DNA of 6,929 nt from Octopus sinensis (Eukaryota): positions 1 to 6,929 of the forward strand of contig NW_021829099.1 of assembly GCF_006345805.1 (NCBI RefSeq), written 5' to 3'. Under the pieces are notes generated by a model. The model was not told the DNA's origin, made no database searches, and saw only the letters and a program-made list of their open reading frames with translations. Position numbers and translations under genes: made by a program. Below, piece after piece: positions 1-6,929 of this stretch. Each line of letters begins with the position of its first letter. Positions within the stretch are counted from its first letter, which is position 1.

Positions 1-209
1 TAAACAAGCATTAAAGCCAAAAGGCAAATTCATAAATATATAATTCATTATTAATTATAATTGAGAGTACACAAAGCACCAGCGTTGCTAGAAATAAGAG
101 TTGAAATGTACTCAAAGAAGCCACACTTTCACTGAAAATTCATAAGGCTGACGAAAATCGAGGACCGAGTAAAATTTAACTTACCATTGCGGTTGGAAGT
201 CGCAAATGT

Positions 210-244
210 ACACACACACACACACACACCACACACACACACAC

Positions 245-292
<48 letters not shown>

Positions 293-374
293 TATATATG
301 TGCATATAGTATATACTTATATATATATATAAGTATATAGGTGCATAGATATTATAATGTGTGTGTGTGTGTGT
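210..374. repeat. Compound microsatellite: (CA)n, then (TA)n, degenerate TA-rich duplication, then (TG)n
   Basis: Seen directly: CA run ~210-244, TA run ~244-290, near-duplicated TATATATAAGTATATA(T/G)GTGCATA around 283-306 and 323-346, TG run 357-374. Confidence 0.95.
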
Positions 375-485
375 TTATAATAATAAGGGATATCATTCCA
401 GCGTCACAGGGATGAGATATCAAGTTAATAACATTAAATTGAATTATTCTCAATAATATATAACAATAAAAATATATCAAAGTAT

Positions 486-862
486 CATAGAGAAAGAATC
501 CCCATAAATTCATCAAAGTAGAATATAAATTCAACCATGTCATAGAATGTTATATTTAATACTTACTATTCATGTCAAAGTTGTCGACTACACGCGTTTC
601 ATGAGTTGTTACTATGTTCCTGAGACACGCATTCTCTTACAGAACCTCCCCTTATATAAAACCCCAATCTTCAGGTCACCTATGGGGGTTGTATATAAGG
701 GAGGTTCTGTAAGAGAATGCGTGTCAGGAACATAGTATACAACCTCATGAACGCGTGTAGTCGACAACTTTGAACATGAATAGTAAGTATTAAATATAAT
801 ATTCTATGACATGGTTGAATTTACATTCTGATTTGGTGAAGTTGTGGGGTTTTCTGTCTATG
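486..862. mobile_element. Long inverted repeat (fold-back palindrome), probable non-autonomous DNA transposon
   Basis: The left arm 486-665 is the reverse complement of the right arm 685-862, with a ~19 nt loop (666-684). Termini are CATAGA...TCTATG. No coding capacity and no clear target-site duplication. The palindrome itself is certain; the transposon origin is inferred. Confidence 0.75.
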
Positions 863-900
863 CGTGTGTGTGAACGAATATCTTCATATATATGCATCAT

Positions 901-950
901 GTGTATGTATATATGTGCGTGTGTGTGTGTGTGTGTGTGGATGTGTGTAT
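901..950. repeat. (TG)n microsatellite with degenerate flanks
   Basis: Perfect TG run ~919-939 within TG/TA-rich sequence. Confidence 0.9.
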
Positions 951-1130
951 GCACAGGCATATATGCATAGATATACGTATATTCATACATACAGAGACAC
1001 ATAAGGTTCAGTTGTAAATACAAGAAATCTCTATCAAAGTCTCTACGTCAGCATTACATCTTTAGCATCACATCATCATCATATTCAACGGAATGTATCT
1101 TCCAGAGAAGAATAGGGACAGTTCCTTATC

Positions 1131-1245
1131 GGTTTCCATGCAGTTTCCATTTACCAAATTTCACTCATTGGGCATTGGTCGACATTTTTGCGCAAGTTTC
1201 CGCTCCTGAAACCACATAATTGGGAAGTTAACATCATAACTACAG
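1131..1245 (-). mobile_element. Degenerate, internally deleted tRNA-derived SINE fragment, same family as 4579-4903
   Basis: The reverse complement of 1131-1177 (CAATGCCCAATGAGTGAAATTTGGTAAATGGAAACTGCATGGAAACC) aligns to 4668-4713 (CAATGCCTTGTGAGTGAATTTTGTAGACGGAAACTGTGTGGATGCC). 1205-1245 resembles the SINE head. The (CAT)n near 1070-1082 may be its tail. Confidence 0.75.
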
Positions 1246-1478
1246 TCTCATATATTATTATACCGTTTCTGCCATGCCATTTCTCTTAGAGGATTTATAC
1301 TTCTCATAGCCGATATATTTCTGAGAATTAAATGAATAAATAAATAAATAAAATTACAACAAAACGTTTTTGTTTGTGAACTCAAACGAAAAATATCATA
1401 ATCAGCAAAATAATGTTTAGAAAGTGGAGTGAAATGAGTACAAAAAATGATAATGGAGGATTATATTAATAGGAGATA

Positions 1479-1526
1479 TTTTTTCCTTTTCTGTTTTTTT
1501 TTTTTTGTTTGTTTGTTTTTTTTTTT
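1479..1526. repeat. Poly-T / (GTTT)n tract
   Basis: Seen directly. It is followed by TTCCGCAG (AG at 1548-1549). Confidence 0.9.
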
Positions 1527-1842
1527 ACTGTCATTTAATTGTTCCGCAGTTGACATAGTTATTGTCTTGTTTCATTTAAGGGAATTGGTTGGAGTTGCGT
1601 TGAAATTATGGCTTCTCAGTTCTTATAGAAATTCTTGAGATCAGTTGACCTGGAAATCATTTCCTGCCGGAGAATTCACTGACAAAACAGCTATTCTAGA
1701 GCATCATCCTTAATTAGTTTTATGTAATAATTATTCGGTTGTTAATTAGTAGTGATGATGAACTGATGTTAATTATAAATAAAATTAAGACTGCCTTCAT
1801 TTGCAGAAAAAATATGGCGTATATTTGTATAGATGCCTGGCT

Positions 1843-1848
1843 TGTGTG

Positions 1849-1882
<34 letters not shown>

Positions 1883-1930
1883 TTTGTGTGTGTGTGTGTT
1901 GTGTGTGTGTGTGTGTGGTGTGTGTGTGTG
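1843..1930. repeat. Interrupted (TG)n microsatellite
   Basis: Seen directly. It accounts for the CV-rich ORF 1739-1987. Confidence 0.95.
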
Positions 1931-2365
1931 GGTGTTGTTGGGAAAAAAACAGTAAAGAATGCTATTATATATAACTGTGAATATTAACTACCGAAGAAAG
2001 TAATTACGACCAAAGTTGAGATGTTCTAAATTTTACTTCAAAATTTCAAGAAAAAATAAACATATTAATTACTACGCCTTTTTTTTAATGAACATAACAT
2101 AATTAAAAAAAAATTCCCAGCTTTTACAAATCCTCTGCTGTAGATCTCTGATGATCTTTTATAGCGATTATATATATGTTACATATATAAACTGTATCTC
2201 GAATCATATACTGTCTTCCTTTACGGCACCAGAAACCATTTTAGCTCTGAACAGATCTTGACTCACATGACCCACATCACACTAATGCTTACACACTCAC
2301 AGATGTATACGTACATGCGTTCGTACGTGCATACCTACATTTATACATACACATATACACACGCG

Positions 2366-2459
2366 CATACATACATACATACATACATACATACATACAT
2401 ACATACATACATACATACATACATACATACATACATACATACATACATACATACATACA

Positions 2460-2489
<30 letters not shown>
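2366..2489. repeat. Perfect (CATA)n tetranucleotide microsatellite, ~31 units
   Basis: Uninterrupted CATA run of 124 bp with degenerate CA/TA flanks. Confidence 0.97.
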
Positions 2490-2491
<2 letters not shown>

Positions 2492-2885
2492 AATGTGTAA
2501 GTATGTATGTATATAGCTTAGTGCAGCTGCTACGCAAATTTAATTAACAGCCACCAAAAATCGTCACCCTTCTCCCACACTGTATTTCTATCTTTTCTAT
2601 CATTGTTACAGAAACCTTCTATTTTTCTGATAGCCAGCTGCGTACCACGAAAAACAACAAGAAATACATCTGATGTCGCTATCCCTCCCTCCTTGTCTAG
2701 GTCAGGGAACCCAATACTGGACATTTCAATTTTTTATCCCAAGAATTACATTTATCCTGCAACCTCTGAATCGCTTTCTTGAAGAAATTTTCTTTCTATA
2801 CGGTCACTCAATCTATTAGAAAGAACAGCCAAATTTCTCTCAAAATTCACGCTTGGGAGAAAGTAAGATGTTTCCCTGTGCATAG

Positions 2886-2982
2886 AAAAAAAAAGACGAA
2901 CGGGTGGCCAATGTTGAAACATCTGTGAATATCGATGTATTATCGATCAAGGCTGATCAGGAGCTAAACAACAACAATATGA
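2886..2982 (+). CDS. Candidate upstream exon (weak): KKKDERVANVETSVNIDVLSIKADQELNNNNM, or a 5'UTR exon ending in ATG-A
   Basis: Acceptor-like TGTTTCCCTGTGCATAG ends at 2885 and donor GTAAGC starts at 2983. The frame is open and ends in phase 1, matching the phase-1 start of exon 4188. The pyrimidine tract is short and I recognise no homology. Confidence 0.25.
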
Positions 2983-3093
2983 GTAAGCTGCAACAAATTA
3001 TGAAACAACGCAGTGAATGTTTTTTATAAAGGTTATGGGTATTAGTCCTATTGCTCAGTCTAAATAAAATATTAAAGTAAAAGTTACACGCTA

Positions 3094-3660
3094 ACATACA
3101 TACATACATACATACATACATACATACATACATACATACATACATACATACATACATACACATAAACACAGACACACATATATATACAAATACAAACATA
3201 CATACATACATACATACACATAAACACAGACACACATATATATACAAATACAAACATACATACATACATACATACATACATACACATAAACACAGACACA
3301 CATATATATACAAATACATACATACATACATACATACATACATACATACATACATACACATAAACACAGACACACATATATATACAAATACAAACATACA
3401 TACATACATACATACATACATACACATAAACACAGACACATATATATACAAATACAAACATACATACGTACTACATACATACGTACATACATACATACAT
3501 ACACACACATACACATACATACATACATACACACACGCACATACATACATACATACAGACATACAGACATACATACATACATACATACACATAAACACAG
3601 ACACACATATATATACAAATACAAACATACATACATATATGTATTCATACACAAACACGC
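3094..3660. repeat. Higher-order satellite: (TACA)n interspersed with six copies of a ~34 bp cassette TAAACACAGACACACATATATATACAAATACAAA
   Basis: Cassette starts at 3163, 3221, 3287, 3361, 3427 and 3592, separated by variable TACA runs. Confidence 0.93.
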
Positions 3661-3766
3661 AGTCATAGAAATGGTTTCTTTTCCAATTCCCATAGAAAAT
3701 ATAAATCCATCTTGTTCTTACTTTTTCTCACAAGTAATTTATCTCTATACTGTTTCTTATAATATT

Positions 3767-3884
3767 AATAATAATAATAATAATAACAACAACAACAAAC
3801 CACCAGAACAACTACAACAACAATAATGATAATCAAGACCGTGATCATAATAATAACAATAATAATAAAATCATCATCATCATC
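3767..3884. repeat. Compound (AAT)n/(AAC)n/(ATC)n trinucleotide repeats
   Basis: Seen directly. Confidence 0.88.
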
Positions 3885-4160
3885 TTTACCATTATATGTG
3901 TTTGTGTCTGTCTGTGTCTGTATGTGTGCGTGTGCATGCGAGTGAGTATGCGCGCGTGTTTGTATGAGTGTGCGTGTATATGTGCATTTGTAATTTTATT
4001 CCTTTTAACAGCATTTTGAACTACCCAGAAAATAAGGGAACACTGCTACCATTGTCATTTTTCCTAGCTTTAATTTATACATATATACAGATACGTAGAC
4101 AAATATATGCATATAAATGCATGTATGTATATATGAATGCATGACATGAGTGTGTTCTAT

Positions 4161-4187
4161 CTAACGCTATTGTTTTGTCTATTGCAG
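4161..4187 (+). promoter_or_regulatory. Branch point and 3' splice acceptor
   Basis: CTAAC at 4161-4165, then TATTGTTTTGTCTATTGCAG ending at 4187. Confidence 0.8.
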
Positions 4188-4392
4188 CTGTTGTTCAATG
4201 GTCACCCAGTTCTTTCCGTCCACGAACTATGCGCTCAGGTGTTTATATAGTCAACGATCCCAGATTCAATCGTTCCGACGGCACTCAGCCATACAATAGT
4301 AATTGTCCACAAGTTCAACTGAAGAAAATGCCCGGAGAAAATCCTGATGATGTTTTGGATGAACCTTCTGGAAAGACTGGTTCAATATATAG
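4188..4392 (+). CDS. Coding exon of an unidentified host gene (phase 1 to phase 2): xVVQWSPSSFRPRTMRSGVYIVNDPRFNRSDGTQPYNSNCPQVQLKKMPGENPDDVLDEPSGKTGSIYR/S
   Basis: 205 bp of non-repetitive sequence, higher in GC than its flanks and open in one frame. It is bounded exactly by a branch point plus CAG acceptor and a consensus AG|GTAAGT donor, and the in-frame stop falls just inside the intron. Protein family not recognised. Confidence 0.85.
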
Positions 4393-4398
4393 GTAAGT
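4393..4398 (+). promoter_or_regulatory. 5' splice donor GTAAGT
   Basis: Perfect consensus TAG|GTAAGT. Confidence 0.85.
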
Positions 4399-4578
4399 CC
4401 ATGGAATAAATTCTAACTGATGTTTATGTTCGAAAATGGTATGAATAAATAGGTTTGTTGTGAAGGAGAGAGGGGGAAAAATCTCAAGTTTCATTTCCTA
4501 AAAGAAACTATCACTAGTTTATATCTAAAGTTCTTGTTTTGAGATTCATGGAAGTTACCCCCCAAATTATTCACCATC

Positions 4579-4903
4579 GACATGGTTATGCAACCATCGC
4601 TTTGCAACCACAGTGTTTCGGGTTCAGTCTCCCTATGTAGTACATTACGTAAGTGTCCTTTGCTATACAATGCCTTGTGAGTGAATTTTGTAGACGGAAA
4701 CTGTGTGGATGCCCATCGTATATACATACATGTATGTGTGTATGCTGGTGATATAGCGGTTCAGCCAAAAAACTGATATAATAAGTATCAGACTTCAAAG
4801 CAAAATATAAGTGCTGTGTTGATTTGCTTGACTAAAACCCTTCAAGGCGTTTCCTCGATATGGTCGCGGTCCAATGACTGAAACAAGTAAAAGATAAAAA
4901 AAA
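4579..4903 (+). mobile_element. Near full-length tRNA-derived SINE (octopus CORE-type, recognised from memory)
   Basis: B-box-like GGTTCAGTCTCC at 4621-4632, CORE-like ACATTACGTAAGTGTC, internal TA/TG microsatellite ~4719-4745, a 3' domain ending CAATGACTGAAACAAGTAAAAGATAAAA, and an A-rich tail. A second inverted partial copy lies at 1131-1245. Confidence 0.8.
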
Positions 4904-5169
4904 GGTAACCTGTTACTGTAACTTGTTATACTTTTGGTAAAGGTTGTAAAGACAGTATGCAAATCAAGCACTTAAACATCTTAAATCAAGCACTCAGCAC
5001 TTTCTTCAAATACCAGTTGAAGAGGAAAGTGTAGGCAGTGAATGAAGGGCTGTCTACCAATAAATATTTGAAAGTTCAGTGAATGGCCTACTCTGTGCAT
5101 GTGACTATAGTATAAAGATCCTAACAAACAGAAATCACTTTTTTTTCATTGAAGCTAGATTAATCCAGC

Positions 5170-5772
5170 ATCTGTTGGAATTTCAGTACTTACTTCGCCG
5201 GCATGCAACAACACTAGGCAAGAGGCGGGGAGCATTGTGTAATGCCGACAACAAACGCGGAAATACGGAATGCAATAATGGGTAGCACGAGCTGGGGCAA
5301 ATCGCCTGGTTTGGATGGTCTGTCCTATGAACTTCCACGTTTATTTTCCAGACTTATATGACAGCTTCTCAGCAAATATCTACTGCAACTCGCAGCAAAA
5401 CGGAATAGTTTCTAGTTCTGTGAGTCGAGGAGTGGTAACACTGTTGACAAAGGACCCAAACAAGAAGCATCAAATAAAAAATTTAGGCCCACAACTCTTC
5501 TAAGCGCAAATTTCCTAATTTGGGTCAAAGTGTTATCAAAGAGATTGGCACTTGTCGTTGAGGAACTGATTGGTGATGTGCAAACATGCACTTTCCCAAC
5601 CAAATCCATTCATGACAACATCTACCTCATGCGATATATTAGAGACAGGGTAGGTAAAGAAGTTGGCATGGGTGGGGCTCTGATCAATAAGGATCAATCT
5701 AAAGCCTTCGATAGGGTCAACCGCCAGTACTTGGTGGCCTTTCTCACAGCAGTGGGTTTCGGGTCCTGTTTT
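5170..5772 (+). pseudogene. Fragment of a non-LTR retrotransposon ORF2 reverse transcriptase, L1/Tx1 clade, decayed
   Basis: Frame 1 gives ...PTTNAEIRNAIMGSTSWGKSPGLDGLSYEL (GKSPGLDG from 5296). Frame 2 gives FPDLY...QQNGIVSSSVSRGVVTLLTKDPNK. Frame 1 resumes with FRPTTLLS...KVLSKRLALVV...SIHDNIYLMRY...GGALINKDQSKAFDRV (5692-5718)...GFG. These are the N-terminal RT motifs of LINE ORF2. There is an in-frame TAG near 5215 and two frameshifts (~5335, ~5481), and the sequence ends before the YADD motif. Confidence 0.92.
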
Positions 5773-5903
5773 CTTTACCTTTCATCCTTTCCTGGTCGAT
5801 AAAAAAAAGTATCAGTTGTCTACCAGGTTTGATATAATCGACTTACCTCTTCCCCGAAATTGCTGGTCTTGTGACAAAATTTGAAACCATTATTATTATT
5901 ATT
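5773..5903 (+). mobile_element. 3' half of a second SINE family, lacking the tRNA head, with (ATT)n tail
   Basis: CCTTTCATCCTTTCCTGGTCGATAAAAAAAAGTATCAG...AATCGACTTACC...AAAATTTGAAACC followed by (ATT)n. This matches from memory a conserved animal SINE central domain and a common octopus SINE. It shares GATA-AA-AAGTATCAG with 4775-4791. Confidence 0.75.
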
Positions 5904-5990
5904 TTTAAGACTATTATTATTTAAGACATCGCACAGTATCCAATATCGTTATGTTGTTCATTGAAGATATTGTGTCTACCGGGGGTTTGT

Positions 5991-6044
5991 ACTGTCTGTC
6001 AAGTCACAAGGACCGTGGTCCTTGTTGTGACTTGACAGAATAGT
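5991..6044. repeat. Short palindrome/hairpin
   Basis: TCTGTCAAGTCACAAGGACC (5995-6014) pairs with GGTCCTTGTTGTGACTTGACAGA (6017-6039), apart from a 3 nt bulge. Confidence 0.9.
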
Positions 6045-6135
6045 GCCACCGTGTGTTACTTTACCACTCTGGCATTAGTGTAAATTCAAACAGGTATTGT
6101 ATATAATTGTTAGACATAATAATTCATATGTAATA

Positions 6136-6567
6136 TGCCGGTATAATATGTGAGCTACATGCCATTGTGATCTACAGCAACTTAAATCTAGACTGGCTTG
6201 TGATCTACATTCAAAATTTTGTTATAAATTTGCAATTATAGTTAGAGGAGTGAGTTAAACATTTAAAAAAATAAAAGAAAAAAGTTTTATTGACTTTTAT
6301 TTCATACTAGAAACATGAATACTGTGACTATTTGTATACAGCACAGATATCATTTAGAAATGCAATAAAGAGATTTTGCTGAATTGATCTTAAAATCTTC
6401 CAACAAATCAAATCTAAATGTAATTGAAATGTTTACATTTCGAGTAAATAGATGAGTTTTAAATGTAGATCAAAAAGTCGGTGTAGATCACAAACTATAC
6501 CATTTGAACTAATATAGATCACGAGCTATACCGGAAACATGTATGTAGATCACATACTACACCGGCA
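6136..6567. mobile_element. MITE-like non-autonomous DNA transposon with TIRs and subterminal TGTGATCTACA repeats
   Basis: TIR 6136-6160 (TGCCGGTATAATATGTGAGCTACAT) matches the reverse complement of 6543-6567 (TGCCGGTGTAGTATGTGATCTACAT) at 22/25. There are three motif copies on the left and four inverted copies on the right, around an AT-rich ~240 bp core. No TSD found. Confidence 0.75.
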
Positions 6568-6626
6568 CCGAAACAAATGCATCAAGTACTAAACATGTGC
6601 TTCATTGACTCTTTGTCTTCTCCCTT

Positions 6627-6740
6627 CACAGACAGACGCACACAAACACACATACAATCATTGCAGACACACACATACAAGCATGCAGACACCACATACA
6701 TACACGCATACGCACACCACACACACACACACACACACAC
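6627..6740. repeat. Degenerate then perfect (CA)n microsatellite
   Basis: Seen directly. It accounts for the HT-rich ORF 6605-6835. Confidence 0.93.
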
Positions 6741-6929
6741 TTGGTGCTAGTATTTTAACTGTTTATACTGCACCTATCAACAATATATATTGTATTTTGT
6801 ATGGTTTGATCGTTTCAGCTCTGTTATTTGTCTGAGCACTGCTGGAGGTTGAGCACAAACTGCTAAAACAAACTGAAGAGCTATCGGTTAAATAAGAGAA
6901 TTAAGATATTTAATGTGGTGAACCAAAAA

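Noticed and set aside
547-735. 62 aa ORF
   Set aside because: It lies inside the palindrome, has no splice or homology support, and has no transposase motifs.
2258-2537. Three overlapping ORFs (YIHT/MYVC)
   Set aside because: Artefacts of the (CATA)n microsatellite.
2530-2724. Minus-strand 64 aa ORF, and a + acceptor-like site near 2610
   Set aside because: No recognisable homology. The + frames hit stops, and there is no consistent donor-acceptor pair.
3163-3626. Repeat-spacer pattern resembling a CRISPR array
   Set aside because: The spacers are just (TACA)n, the repeat is not palindromic, the context is eukaryotic and there are no cas genes.
2957-3693. Long ORFs of 125-233 aa (MYVC repeats) on the minus strand
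   Set aside because: They are translations of the (TACA)n satellite, which lacks stop codons in these frames. There is no coding signal.
4491-4798. Minus-strand ORFs 4491-4727 and 4586-4798
   Set aside because: Antisense readings of the SINE, a common source of spurious predicted proteins.
4961-4994. 12 bp direct repeat AAATCAAGCACT, spaced 22 bp
   Set aside because: The 10 bp between copies is too short for an insertion with a TSD. Most simply a local tandem duplication.
5079-5802. ORFs 5079-5285, 5315-5503, 5412-5609 and 5530-5802 as independent genes or an active RT
   Set aside because: They are pieces, off-frames or antisense of one decayed LINE RT that has a stop codon, two frameshifts and no catalytic YADD region.
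6605-6835. 76 aa ORF
   Set aside because: Mostly a translation of the (CA)n repeat.
6790-6929. Acceptor-like GTTTCAG near 6818 as the next exon
   Set aside because: In the phase required after 4392 it reads only SVICLSTAGG before a stop, and no donor is visible. It cannot be supported from this window.

Overview
AT-rich eukaryotic intron-dominated DNA, most likely from an octopus. That assignment comes from recognising the SINE families and microsatellite landscape, not from a database search. The only well-supported host-gene feature is one + strand coding exon (4188-4392) with a CTAAC branch point, CAG acceptor and AG|GTAAGT donor. It encodes 68 aa that I cannot assign to a family. The rest is repeats: a ~377 bp fold-back palindrome (486-862), three SINE pieces, a frameshifted L1/Tx1-clade reverse transcriptase fragment (~5170-5772) fused to a headless SINE, a MITE-like element with TIRs and subterminal repeats (6136-6567), a short hairpin, and many simple or compound microsatellites. 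Most ORFs in the track are translations of these repeats. I see no good evidence for a novel multi-gene system. The most interesting items are the palindrome with two-phase arm divergence, the MITE, the unassigned exon and the LINE-SINE junction.
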